Positions 1 to 14,000 of a stretch of DNA of 64,000 nt are shown in pieces (within the stretch, counting starts at the first letter, position 1; the number at the start of each line of letters is the position of its first letter). Under the pieces are notes generated by a model. It worked only from the letters and a program-made list of their open reading frames with translations, was not told where the DNA came from and did not search any database. Location: NCBI GenBank assembly GCA_002633005.1, contig NMRA01000155.1:745643-809642 (forward strand), given 5' to 3'. The translations under genes were made by a program, and so were the position numbers. Source of the stretch: Phoronis australis. Taxonomy: Eukaryota > Animalia > Phoronida.

Positions 1-3000
1 GTATGATTTCTGTGTATGGGATGAACAGACAGACCGTTCATTAATGCTTGAGACTAGGCTCTACAAGTCATTGACTTGTCACGGCGTGTCATTTTATTCG
101 CCGACCGTGGTCCCAAGAAATATTTGTCAGTTTTGTGTACGATTAAAAATCACTTCTTAACTGGGAACATGATCCCATCAATTTTTATGGCGAAAGTGGT
201 CTAAATCAAAATTAAGTTTCTTCGACGAAATGCAGAGGTCTGCGGTAGCAGCTTTTTGTTGGCAATGTCAGAGTCGTACCTAGGAAGAGCGTCATTGTCG
301 ATATTGGACCGTAAAGGACCTCACGTGATTTTTTAATATTCTTTTCACACCAAATTAATAAACCAATGGCTCTAGGAAACTATGAATAGTAACAAACACA
401 AACGTTCGAAAGATTCAAATATGGAAACGTTTTTTTTCTCTGATGGTACATGTAATGCACATGTATATGGCTAGGCGTGTAAGTGACGTCACTCCGTCGC
501 TTGAGGCTTCAGATGGCATTTATATTAGAACTCCTGGAGACGACCTAAGGATCGAATTGTCATAAAAATGCGAATCTGCACTACACTTGCGATATAGTCA
601 TTAGTTTCTCACGGATATTATTTTCAGCCGAGCGTAGCCTATGCGTCCGGCTTATCTTAGTTAATAAATCACATACCGAGATTCTTTATTTGATCAGTGT
701 CCGTGAAATTAGATAAAATTTTTCATCCGTTATTGTGAAAATGAAATTCGCTTCCATCATCAATTTCCTGGACCACTGGACCACGATCGAATACAACCAA
801 CTCAGTTGATCCATTGTAAATTAATACACGGGAGATCCGTGAGGCGCACCCTGGTGGAGATTAACTGACACAATCGATATACTGATATAAGACACATGTA
901 CAGCTGTCATGATTAGACAGTTTCTCTAAAAACTACTTCAAGACTGAAACTGAAAACAGTCTACCAGCTAACGATTTTTTTTTACTAATTCTCGTTATTA
1001 TGTATGTCAACTGTGTCGTCCAAGGTCTTAGATGTAAATTTGTTATCTACAAACGAGGACAATATAAATACACCGTCGTTTCCCTGATCGAAACTCTGAT
1101 TCCGCGGCTTTTGGAAAATGCATAAAACTGTGTGTCCTTTTTTCTTGTTGTTCAAATTCCGCATTGACAAGATTTGAGGACAAAAAACTCACGACAAAAA
1201 ATGGAGATGCCGCTGTAATTAAGAGCACGCTTAACAGTTCGTTGGTTAACATTAATCGCTGTTTAAGGCAACCGAACTACGATAACTTCAAATAACTCAT
1301 CCCTGCGGTTCGTTTTTCATTTCCCTGTAGACTTCATCCTATTTATCACTGCTTCACAATGCGCTGGTAATTTTGTTCCTTGGGTAAATTCGATTACCGT
1401 GGCAGTTTCTCTCATCGAAGTAAAACTGCAGTTAACTTAGTAAAAGGAATCTCAGTAATTAGCCTCTTCTAAACGTCTATGTGAACTGAATAATTAATTG
1501 TTGGAAAAACGGTAAAGCTTAAAAGGACACAGTCGGTTTCATGATCTAAAAACGGATTTCGAGGGTCATGTCTGGAAAGAATTGACCTCTTGAAGTTATT
1601 AGCTTTGACCAGGACTGTAAAATAGCAAAATTTGTCGTGTTTTTGATATTTAGTAATAAATAGCCGATTTCTCACGAAAGCTTCCATTCAAAGTAACTGA
1701 AATCGAGGCAGCGATCTCATCGTCAGCTACTTTGTTGTTGCATGGGCGCCATCAAAATGGCCGACGCAGGCTGTGTACAGTGGTGGGTTATTAGAGTCTC
1801 CGTGAAAATGGCCGGCGCAGGCTGTGTTCAGTGCTGATTGGAGTCTTCGTGAACTTAAAAGCTAAAAACGAACCACCCGAGTGAATGTAGAAAAGGACAT
1901 AAACGAAGAGACTAAGTCCATTGGGAGAGTATCCTCTCTATAGTAAACATTTGGGAAAGAAATCGAGCTCTGGGCAGTCCTGCGAGATGAATGCACTGAA
2001 CATTTCTAGAAATGCCTACGTGTAGCTTTCTTGGTTAGACAAACTGACGGGTCTGCATTCTTCCCCGTATTCCATAAAGAGTTTGTGATCGTTCTTACTG
2101 TTGATTGATTTTAGACGTAAATCTAAAATTGTTTTTGGAAAGATAAGTGTAATATTTCCCCGTCTTTGACTAAATAACTGATTGAATCACTCGCTGAGTG
2201 TGAAGAAATTGGAATGACCTCTGCCAATCGGCATAATTATACAAAGCTACTCGATTTCCTAAGTGCCCACATTCGCTTTGAAAACGTGGTAATTATAACT
2301 GCCGACCTATCCATTTGTGAGGTAATTTTTACCGGAGTATTGGCCGTATTGTTGGACATCTTGTCATAGCTCTAAACTTGCAGACCGAGCAAAGCGAGCT
2401 TGCGAGTAAGCCGGTACCTGAACGTCACTTGATTCAAAAAAACAGAGGACTTTGTAACTGGCCTCGCAGACACATTTGCGTATAAAGGGGAAAGAAAACA
2501 CATGCACGCAAGAAAATTCATCTGATGGAAAACTCACAAACTACTGTTAAATAGTTGCCGCCGATTTTACTTAAAAGTAACTTTAACAATCACAACTTTC
2601 ATGTAAGGTATTCAATACACCGCTGTCCACACCCCCTAGTGGACCACTGGGATACCACAAAGGGACCATGTGGAGAGCCAAGTACATGTATGTCCAAAAG
2701 ACAAATTAAATTTAACGTTCGTGATAGCCCTAGCAATGGGTATGTTGCTGTCGTTCGTGATGTCACATAGAAATACACAGTGCTTCAAAAATACAAACGT
2801 CATGCTTGTGAAACGTCACTATAATACTTCATTTGGAAACACGTGAGCTCCATAGCTCAAATATCGGATCATGGTATGGTAGAAATACAGGGGTCTCTTT
2901 CTCATAGATTCGAATACCTTTTAATCTTTTCACTTTAGCCTAAAATCAAACATCTGACTACAAATAGATAAAAGTTTATTTCAGTTTTGTCATTTGTGTT

Positions 3001-3592
3001 TCTTGACAGGCATTTCGTCTTCTGTCTATTCGAATAGACTACGGATTTTTGTTTTTTGACTTCGAGTTGTAGACATATTTTCTAACTTTCAGCCTTTAAA
3101 TAGCCTGATTTTTGGAAAACCGTAAACTAATTTTTGGCGAAAAAGCTTTATCTGTCAATTAGGAGCAGTCGTTCACTTGAAAACGAAGTCTTCACAGTAC
3201 AGTCTTTTAATGAAGATTACTATTCAGTGACATTTTATGCAGATTATTATATTGGGTTTAGTGATGTCCCATTTTGTACCTGTAGTTATTATTCATTTGG
3301 ATATGTATGTATCATACAGTTTGTATTTAGTATCTGTCATTTTTCTATGATTTATTTTACAGCAGTTGCTTTATTATTCATCAGTCATTACTTATTTTCT
3401 GTACAATGCGGGAAGGGGGTAGTAGTTTTCATTATTTCAAGTGTCAGTCACCCACATCATAGCTATGACCTGGATTACACGCACGGTCTTAGAGATCCCC
3501 ACCTGCGTAATGAACGCCAAAGGCAGGACCACATGGGAAGACGGCAGGTAAACGCTGGCGGAACAGTCTATTTATATCACTTTCAAGTTTGC

Positions 3593-4000
3593 CTGGGCCC
3601 GGTCTCCAATCTTTTTACTCGAAATGGAAACTCGAAATTAGGTTTGGCATTTTCTACGCTACTTTTGGGCGAACTCAAGATAAGTGTCTATTAATCTATG
3701 CTCGACTACACAATAACTTACGTAAATAATTTATTGCCCTTAGTTCACAGTTTGTAAACCCAATATTTGAGCAATAAGTTCGAGTTTGAACTCGAAAGTT
3801 CGAGTTTTTACTCGAGTTTGTATCACGAATATAAGGGTCTCCAAGGGAAAACTTGAACTAGAAACTCCTATGCATAAACTATAATGTATTCGAGCACAGG
3901 CTGATAACCAATTATCTTAAGTTCGCACAAAAGGAGCAGAGAAATTGCCAAAAATAGTTTCGAGTTCGTTTCGAGTACAAAGATTAGAGACCGGGCCCAG
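3593..4000. mobile_element. MITE (non-autonomous DNA transposon) in nAChR intron 2
   Basis: Long imperfect terminal inverted repeats ctgggcccggtctccaatctt...ctcgaaa / tttcgagtacaaagattagagaccgggcccag; internally palindromic; no ORF. A decayed relative lies at about 4863-5262. Confidence 0.75.
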
Positions 4001-4603
4001 TTTGGCAAACAAAGTCAAGTCTCCACTTCCGTATATTCACGTCATCACAGTTGTACTTCGAGACAAGGGTCTCCACCATGACCTAATACTTTTAATTTCA
4101 TTTTGTTTGAGACAATGACTATGATAGTCTTAATGCTTCGGACATAGATTTGGACCAGTGTATGCAGGAGTTTGCGTATTTCACTTAATGCGACATTATC
4201 CGCGAAAACATAACCAGTGCGGATTCAAATCAAGAGCCTTCTAGCAGTCGCAACCAACGTTTTTATGATGGAGCTAAATCACCGGCTCGATAAACGGTAG
4301 ATTATTTTTAAGTCTTTTCACCTGGCAAACTCACCGGCCTCGATTTTAGCGAATGTCTGGCAAACGACAATTGGTGACTTGTAATGAAATCACAGCAACA
4401 TAACGTATTTTATTGTTTTATGTCTTTTAGTCAAGGCTTCAAGAAGTCTATCACACCCAACTAAACACAAAAATACGTTTTTCAGCCGTAAAACCGATGA
4501 CGTTCTTTAAGCTGCCATCTTTTCATCCACAGCCAGTCTATTATTATAAATTCTTTCCAAAAAATTTGTATTCAGCAAAACACAACGTGTGCAATATACT
4601 TAC

Positions 4604-7600
4604 GTGTTCCAGCCAGACGTTCGTAGTCATTATTTGATTCTTCTCGTCCTGCAGATGGAGTCACACATTATAAGGACAACAAATAGTAATTTCACGTGGT
4701 CATTAAGCAAACTAATGTGTTCAACATCTGAAATAAACAGACTTGTTTACAGCAAATAACACAGCATTAATTACAGCTGCACAACAGACATTTCACCCGT
4801 TTCTCACGTGGTCGCACCCAGACACAAAACCCGGGAAATGAGATGCACCGAAGACAGGCAAGTGCCCGGGGTTCCAATCTTTTTATTCCAATCGAATTCG
4901 AAAATGTTTTTGATGTTCTCCGCTCTAGATCAATACATGGTCAAGATAATTGCCTATAATTCTGTGCTCGAGTATATCATGGTTTACATGGATCATGTTG
5001 GAATGACTATTTTGTGCTTGGCGACCCAGTGCTTGAGTATGAACTCGAAATCTCGAGTTTCTTCTACTCAAAATCTCGAGTTTCTACTCTGTAGCTCGTT
5101 TTAGGGGTCATCGAGTGCATATTAGGATTAAGCGTTGATATTAGTAAATATTAATGTATTCGAGCACAAAACGATGGACAATTATCTGGATCTTGCGATA
5201 AAATAAAACACTGAGAAAACTGAGAAAATGTCAAAAATATTTTCGAGCTCTACTTCGAGTATGTGAACCCACTGCAGGCGTGCGCAGAGACGTCGCAAGA
5301 TATTACCGTGTATTGCAACGAAGCACGCGATGCAACATTAATTTCCTTCGCGAGATTCCTACGTCTATCGAACTCGCGAATTCCATCCCTCACCGATCAA
5401 TCATCATTGAAGTAAAGCCGCCATTTTATTTCGGTAGGATATCATGCATACCAGAGAAACTCTCGCCTTTCACTCGTGTGATTTTTCGTGAACTTGCCGG
5501 TATCTTGATTTTGGCGATTTTTTCGCGTCTACGGGACGCAAATTTGCCAGTCGGAAAAATAGACTTGGAGAATGAATGAGTGAATCGGCTAAGTGTCCTT
5601 CTTTGTCCGGTAAACATTTTTAATCAGTTTCACACACGACTGAGTCGGCAGTGTTCTATTATGAAACCATCCTCAACACTACTCTGTCACATACTCTAAA
5701 TCTGACGATCATGCATGCCCAGATCGCGGGCCGGAGTCAGGCGTACTTGTGTTTTTGCCGCGGTGGACGAACTGTGAAGTTTCGAGTATTTCTCACTGTT
5801 ACTAGAAAATTATGACTGGATCACAAACGTTGTCAATATGAAATTTCATCATTCCATATATAACGTTAGCCTCAGGTGGGTACGATAATCTGCCTAAATC
5901 TTGTATTAATTTTTGATATTGATTTAAATAATGTGCCCGCCTCGAGCTTGACTAATGACTTTATCAACTATTACGCATGAATAGCTGTCACAAAATCGCT
6001 TATGTCGTAATTAATTTCGGATGTCAGTGCACCTATATTGTTCCTTACAATTCATGTCACGCGTGGATCTTTTGAATAGCGTTTGTCAGTGGAGTTCCGA
6101 ATCCGGCGACGTTTCGGCAGTACCGTTAGCTTTACCGTCCGCCATCATGGATTCCGATGTATTTATACTTAACATAAACATATGTTGTTTATTTATAGGT
6201 GATTAGAGTTCACCTGTTCCATCCAGTCTTTTTCATAATGTATATCTGTATAGTATTTCCAGCAGCTAACGTATTATCAATTATATGCCTATGGCACTTT
6301 GTAACAACTTCTCTCCAAGCAGAGGTAGTCGAAAACGGATTGTCTACAAACTATAGGTAGCCGTCAAAATACGTTTGTCACAACGTTAAAGCTGCGTTCG
6401 CCCTGTTTAGGTGGCTAAAACGAAAAACGAATACCTTTTACTCTCATAAAATTGGTCTGGAAGTATTCCTTCCTGGGATTGTATTTGCGTTTCCAAGAAG
6501 AGCATCGACACCATCTGAGACTTAAGAAAAATTTACTGGGGTTGCCTAACTTTAAAATTGCTAATTCGAAAATGGCGCCTTGCCTGTAACTTGAGTTGCC
6601 GGCATGTTAGACATCCTAAAGACCAGATGAACGTGATTAATGTTGTAAAGCCCCAAAGGGATTTGATTGAGCATTCGCAATATTCACAGCTAAACAGGGC
6701 GAAATGTAATTTTAATTTATTTGCGGTTTTGGCAAGGCATTATCAAGAGATACCAACCCTTCAGTTGCATTGATTGTAAGAAGGGCGAATGTAAAATGTA
6801 AAATCAACTCAACACACTGCTGACTTTGGTTTTAACAAGACAGGTTCAGCTCCTTTTTAGTAACTCCGTTAAATGTTAGTAGTTCAAAAGGACTAATAAA
6901 ATTCCTTAAAATGCCTTGTTCAGTAACATCGACATTCCTCCAGATTGGAGCGTTCAAATATTCCGTAATTACTAAGAAGGAGTGTTCATGGATTGAATAT
7001 TAAAAAGAGTCTCTTATCAGTACAAATAGGCAGGGGGTTACATTCATCGCACACAAGTGTCGGTAACTTGAGCAATTCATTCCTATAGACAGAGAGAGAA
7101 CGGAAGATCTGTATCGATCAATAACGCATTGTGCATGCCTGTCTTTACGAACATCATGTTTATTTTCAAAGCCACGTGCATTTTGCGAAACAAGACATTT
7201 GTATCTACTTATTTCTTTGAAAACGGTATAGTATAGAGTATTTGAGATGTCCGCTGCAAAACTGCAGATGAAAGCAATAGGTTTTTCTGGAACGTTTCAC
7301 AACTACTAAATAAAACATACATATATTTATCAATTAGTGTCCCAAATGCGTGGAAATTCCAATAAAGCGAAACACGTCATCAAAAGAGAACACTGTAAGC
7401 TATTTGATGCCTGTCACACAAGGTGGAGGTAACGCCGCCAGATTTAGTGGGATCAGGGCCGGCTTTAGGCTCACTTTACTGAATTTAGGGTAACTAAATT
7501 TGCAGCGGTAGGCCTGCTCTATAAGGTAACTTAGTATTTCCGTTTGTGTTCTACTCACGATATCAATGAGCTGCGTCAACCGTAAGCCGAGCAAGACCAG

Positions 7601-7759
7601 CACAGCACCGTTATCAGGTGCCGGTCGAACATTCCTATTATAATTGTTCTGTTTCAGGAGGGTGTCGTACAGTCTTTTGGCGTCCGGATTGCAAACGACG
7701 CACTCCAAAGTGGCGAGCAGAGCCAGCAACGTTCCAATAAGAGCCTCGTGATACCTCAT
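4604..7759 (-). CDS. Nicotinic acetylcholine receptor subunit (Cys-loop channel), 5' part: coding exon 1 7759-7559, exon 2 4648-4604; gene continues beyond window start
   Basis: Exon 1 encodes a signal peptide plus NPDAKRLYDTLLKQNNYNRNVRP...LGLRLTQLIDI, then donor GTGAGT at 7558. The 45-nt exon 2 encodes DEKNQIMTTNVWLEH between ctgcAG and GTAAGT. Both junctions are phase 0, at the usual nAChR intron positions. NPDAKRLY is typical of invertebrate alpha-like subunits, but the vicinal CC loop is outside the window, so alpha versus non-alpha is not proven. Confidence 0.95.
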
Positions 7760-8085
7760 GTCTTCCTATCCAACATGCTACGTACAAGTCACAAAAAATA
7801 CCGACGTGTCTCCGTTTATGGCATTGATGTCAGATTTTCAGTCTATTTAATGTCCGCCAGGGTGCACCACTGTGTTGCGTTCCAGCGCCGAGAACGGTTA
7901 CCCTGGTGCGATGGTCGGCAGAGCGCGTGGATGGTTTCGCTCTTACATGAGTGTATATGAGTAGTCTTTCGTTGTCATAGTGACAGAAAAAATCAATTCC
8001 AAAAATGAAATCTATATAAACAGGAAAGTCGCTGGATCGTGAGCGATGGGACCACATCCGTACGTGTGCTTGTCAGTGACGGAAA
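7760..8085. promoter_or_regulatory. Putative bidirectional promoter / 5'UTR region shared by the nAChR and LamG-PAN genes
   Basis: Only 326 bp separate two divergent ATGs (7759 minus, 8086 plus), each opening a signal-peptide exon. Transcription start sites cannot be determined from sequence. Confidence 0.55.
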
Positions 8086-11000
8086 ATGACGCTTTTTACA
8101 TTGGGATGGATTTTTAACGTGGTCTTAAGTGTGGTATTAATTTTGTCTTGTATTCCATATTGGTGCAAAGGTAAGCCTAAATAATTTGTCGCAGTCGACA
8201 GGCGAACCCCGACGTGCATTACGCAGTTTTCATTGGCGTCTGTGAAAACGGAAACCGCTTTTCAAGTCCTTTCCGGGCGTAACCGTGAACCCAACATAGA
8301 GAGTAAGAATAGGCCTAGGACCAGTAAAATAACCGGTAGCGTAGAGCTGCCTCGAGTAGCTATAGCTGAGATCTAATAGTGTGAAAATACGAAATTCCCG
8401 ATGAACCAAACCTAGTTGCTGGTCAGCTTAGCTATGATTTACTTTAGACAGGCAAGTTGTGCCGGCCGTCTGCGCTGGCTCTAATGTCAAGATTCGTTTT
8501 GTTGTGATCTAGTATCGGGAAACCTTTATTTTATGATGGTCATTCTTTGAAGGAGTTTTTTAAAAGGGTAAGGTACCTAGGTCCGTGGTATAGTGCTTTT
8601 GGGGCTGTTTCAAAATCTATCGTTGAAACACGACCGGCAGTCCAGTTTCTGGTGGTTAGGGAAAATGATACAGAGTGTTTCCCAAAACTGTACACACTTC
8701 AACGCCTGCAGTTCAATTCCCGTGGATCCCTGCGATTCTGCGCAGGCCTACTGCATGGTTATATCTTTTTTTAACGTAGGTGCGTCAGTAATGACGTGCA
8801 CGGGAATCAGGCAAGCAAACAATTCAGGTTTGAAGAACAAAAATCCATTGTTAAATATAACGAGAAAATAAAAACACCAAGGAAGTACAAAGACAAGCTA
8901 TCCAAGCAATGTAATGAGTTTAATTTTATTTATTTAAGGACTTTTAAAACTTTTTTCGATCTACGGTTTGTGAGTCTGAATTTCATCAATGTCTTTAAGG
9001 GATATTTAAGCCGGATAGGCAAAAATCTTCTAAGTGTACTTTACTATTTGGGGAACGGATTACAGAGTTTTTCCAACTTCAGGCTGTAATTAATCACTGA
9101 AATATCATCATTTCTCAGAAGATTAGCTTCTAATATTGCCAAAATCATCCATGAATCTATCAATTTTAGGAGATATATAAACAAGTAAAATAGAAACCAA
9201 CGAATTTGTTTATCAAATGAAAATAAATGTTATAAGCAATTTCTGCAGGCATGCTCGCAGATTTTTGACGGGTAACCGGGGGAACATGGAAGATAGAGCA
9301 TTCGAGTTAAGGTATTTTTGCTCGTTTCAGAAGTACAATCCTATAACGGTTCACGAGGTAAATTTGAACTCCACTGGCAAAAACGCTGAAATCATTGTTT
9401 ATGATTGCAAGTGTTTTTTGAGTACCCCCATTTCGACATGTACGCGGTCATCAGAAATAGTAGCATAGACACCAGTTTTTCCCACATGTGGAAATTCCTT
9501 ACAAACAAATCAGAGTAAGCATGCACGCACCCACGGGGACTCGGTGAGGGGGGCTCTGACGAGCCCCTCCCCCCATTTGGCGAAGTGGACAAAAAAGACC
9601 GCCTCACAGAAACATGAAGTCCGAGAAAAACGAGACAAAAGTCCACTAAAAAGGCAAAAAGGCAGGAATTCGGCGGGAATGCTCAATTCATAGCTCTGAT
9701 CGTAGTACTCCATTTTTTAGTTCCGATTTTTATTAGAAAAGGTTCACATTCTCAAAAATTCGAGCCCCCCCCCCTATATTTTAGGCTCGAAGCGCGCATG
9801 GTAACCATCTTCAAAAGAGATACAATTCTTGTGACCTATGGGAAACAGTAACATTTTTTAACTAACCATCGGAAATAGTCCTTTTGTGTAATTCACAAAT
9901 AGTGGTCTTCACGCTCCTCAAAAGTCCACCCTTTCGATGGCGGTCAATCCAATTGTATTTTGTTCACACTTTTTGGTTGTTTGAGTCGAATGTCTTGACA
10001 TCGATGTGCTGGGCACGAATTTTTTGTATTTTTTTGATGAATTTGGAATTTCAAATTCCGTTGTGAATACTTGGCAGTGTCGGATTTACATGCATAGAGG
10101 GACAAAGAGACATTTCCCCCGAACTGCTTCACCGAGAGAGAGGGTCCCGTCTGAAATGGGACACCCTAAAAGATTAAAGGCTAAACATCATTAAGCTTGG
10201 AAAACGAGTGACAGCTCATTCCACCGTCGTGTTGTCACAAAACGATGCAGGAAGTGACCTTCAACATGAAAGCCGGTTTCACGATTTCACAAAAAGCAAC
10301 AAAATGGAGGTAATCTATTCCAACATTAGGCCCTCTCGCCGTGTGCGGCCCCTTTAGAATTTATCAATAAAAACACAAAAGGGTAGCCACTTGAATATCA
10401 TCAATGCCCTTCTCCAAGGGCCCCTAAATATGAAAATATCTATATTTTTTCGAAAATCAGGAAATGCGCAGCAATTGATGTTATCTGTCATGTTATCAAT
10501 CTTTCTCAAGTGATATAGTTTCGACAAAAATAAAGCGAATGTTGTCTCCGCTAACCCTTGCCAGAGAGGGCCTCTGACTTATTGAATTTAATAATCCAAC
10601 AAATAAGTACGCTCCGCAAAAGCTTCGCTTTATAAATTTTCACGATTTTTCGAAATATGTGTACTAGTATGAATGATTACGTCACATTTTCAAGTGCGTT
10701 TAGACGAACTGTGCTGCAAAAGTGGAGACCTTAACAATGCTCTACCAGGGCCCTCACAAGGCAAACCATGCACTGTTGTTAAATTTTGTCTTAGAATTTT
10801 CTCTCTTATCCGTATTTCGCAGACCTTTCTTTTCTTTATTGTCCCCGGCCCCATGCCTATGTCGGTTGCCACGGTTTAAGCCTGACGCCTGAAAATTTTT
10901 CGGGGGGGGGGGCGACCCGTGGAACCATCCCCCCCCCCCTGCTTCCTACGGCCCTGTTATTCTTTTATTTACACAAAATTACAACAAATAGGCTGGATTT

Positions 11001-14000
11001 GTCTGTTCATCGGTGACAGCGAGACCAATTTACTTTCTAAAAATAAAGTATTCGTTTTCTAAGAGGGCCTGTGGGCGATACATGTGCATGGCGCATGTTT
11101 GTTTAGAACTGGGACACTTTAATAGAAATGCCCGCCCCGCCTCCCAAAGTCTAAATTAGTACTGGTGACCTTTAATCGATTATACCGCTAACTATTGATT
11201 CAAAAGTATGCAGAATGGACAAAGAGTAAACAGGCAACACCTACTTTTTAAAAAAAATATAGATATAAAAGGGATAGCCGATAAACATGCGAAACACTTG
11301 AGAGTGATTTTTTTAGAAAACGCAGTATTTTGGACTTTAAGAAACTCACTCATGATTTCCTCTACAAAGTAATTACACCAATTGTGTAATATAACTCGCC
11401 AGTTGACTAATTGCCACACTACAGCTTGATGACGACAGCAACAAAAATTCAGCTGTCCGATAGATGTCAGTAGTGACGGAAATAGTAGAGCAGGAACCGA
11501 GTGCCCGATAAACTTATATAAACAACTCTGATTATGCTTCTAAAGTCGAACTTGGAAACTATTCACAATATAAGGCTCCAGTTAATGTAAAACAATTGAT
11601 ATGCCATTGATAAGAGAAACCATAATATAACTGAACCATAATTTATAAAAAATATTAGCAGTATTATACCCGCCGGGTGCTTTCTGTCAAAAACATGTTT
11701 TGGTATAAGCCACTTGCTTTTACAAAATTGGTGTTTATCTTGTTTCTTAGTCTGGATTAGAAATGTTTATGGGCTCGGAAAGAACAGACAGTTCGTTATT
11801 CCCTAATCATTCAAGCCAACTCAGTCAGGTCACGGCGCGACCTGAAATTTTATGAGCTTGGTCTGAATTTGAAGAAATAACGACTGAACTTCCAACGAGT
11901 TCCTTCGCATAGGCGGATTTAAGGGGGGGGGGGAAGCCCCCCCCTTGGCTGACGCAAGCAAAATGAAATAGCAGCAGCATGAAGCGTGAAGAACAAGAGA
12001 ACTCAGTAACTAGGACTGGTAGCGGATAGGGGGGGGGGCTCAGATCCCAGATCGCGGCAGAATCGTGTTCCCATTTTTTTCCACCGATAGATTTTCTGAA
12101 CATCCTCGGCCTCGCAACTTTCGGGCCCCCTGTGCTTTGCCCAATTCCCTGATGCAACATGAAGGCCCCCTCCCCCCTTATGGTTTCTGTCAGGAACTAC
12201 GTAAGTGTCGAGTTTACTCTTCAATACATGTACAGTACAACGTCAGTAGCTGATGCGGATTTAGAGGGGCGCCAAGGGGGCCATGTCCCCCCTAAAATTT
12301 TCCCAGATTCCATTTGGCAGTTCCGGAGTGCAACTGTGTGACGGACAAAATCTTGGCTAATACTCTGTCCTGCCCCCCCCCCCCAACTCAAAATCCTGGA
12401 TCCGCCCCCAAATAGTGACGCCGATGACTTTTTGAAAACAAAACTAGTATCTCAGCCATTTGACCAGTCAGGATTTAGTCTGCTGATGAAACATAGGGGA
12501 GTAACATTTTGGGCGATACGGGATTTGGAATGTACATGTAGAACCCAGCCTTGGCTTCATGTCTGTGCCCAATAACAGGTCACATTCTGACACTTCTAAA
12601 GCCTAGAAATCTTTTCTAACCCAAGTACGGAACAGCATGAGTCCGATTTTATTACATGAGGAAGTAACCTGATTCAAATGATGATATGATTTTCCGCCGT
12701 ATAGCATATAGTTTTTCGTCCACTGACATTTTACATTTCTTAACAATACTCGACCTCGGATGATTTCAAAGCTCCATGACCAGTGATGTAATGCAATATC
12801 GAAATTATTTCACCCAGTGAACAGGCATGCAAACTTAATAGTGACTTGAGACTTTTCCTTACATCCGGAGCCCCCAGGCTCACCTCGTTAACTTTTTTGG
12901 TTAATCTTCCATTGTTTTAGTGTAGTAAATGTATGCTTATGTTTTGTACTTTTAGCCGCCAGACCAGTCGGTGCATGGGCTCTCGATGAAACAAACGAAG
13001 TTTCTGACTTGTCAGGCAACTGCAACCACGGCGCCGCCTATGGGACGACGTACGACCTCGGACCAACGGGAGAAGCCAACGGAGCCACATGGTTCAGCGG
13101 CAACTCAAGTGCGTTCGTGGAAATTCCAAACAACGGAAAACTCGAAGTATGTCCTCGAGGCTTCTTTTGAAAACCATTTAAGTATCCATAAGGGTAAACA
13201 TGACCATCAGCATGTCATTGAAAGCTTCATCGCCAATCGCTATCATCCGAGCCCACATTGGTAAAGTAATGCTCTGTTTTGCTTACGTAACAGCCCAGGG
13301 ATGCTTTTGCTAGTAACATTCAGTCACGATTTGAGTGTTTTTCACAGAAACAGTATTATTTGTCCAATTTTGTTCAAAGGCTGATTTTGGGTTGGGGTAC
13401 GTCGTTTCACCACGGTGGGTGCGGGGTCGAATAAACGGGCATCCCCTTGCAGCAATCACGTTTTATGAAAGGCATGTGCAATGCAATGCAATGCAATGCA
13501 ATGCAATGCAATGCAATGCAATGCAAACTTTCGTGGTTGAATCAGTAATGTCATTCCAGTTGAAACAATGGCTTTATGCTGTTCTCAGGTGCGCAGTTTT
13601 ACCTTCATGACTTGGATAAAACAGGTATCTGAGGGAGACAGCGGCACTAGAGGACCTTACTTTGAGTACAACCGCAGCGCCAGCGCTAATACCACTATAA
13701 CACAGTACGGGACAAATATCTGGCGATATTATGATACAGGATTCTTTATCGAATTGTTCGATGAACAGGGTAGCGTCATTGGAGAAATGAAGTCTTCGCC
13801 GACTCCGTCCAAACCACTTCCGATGGATCGTTGGTTTTTGTTATCAGTGACTTATGACAGCAAGACAGGTAAACATAATAGCTGGCATGAAATAAAAGTG
13901 GTTTCAGCCGGGTGTTTTTGACATCGTGTTACAATGAGCAGTGGCAGCCTTTTTGTCACCTTGTTTGAATGTATAGATGAAGTACTGGGCAGTTCGTTAC

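Noticed and set aside
1755-1853. Short tandem duplications (~50 bp here, ~40 bp at about 18705-18785)
   Set aside because: Ordinary two-copy local duplications.
3134-3694. 186-aa hydrophobic ORF and a U1-like ttacctg start on the minus strand near 3550
   Set aside because: AT-rich intronic sequence running into a MITE; no Sm site or U1 stem-loops recognisable.
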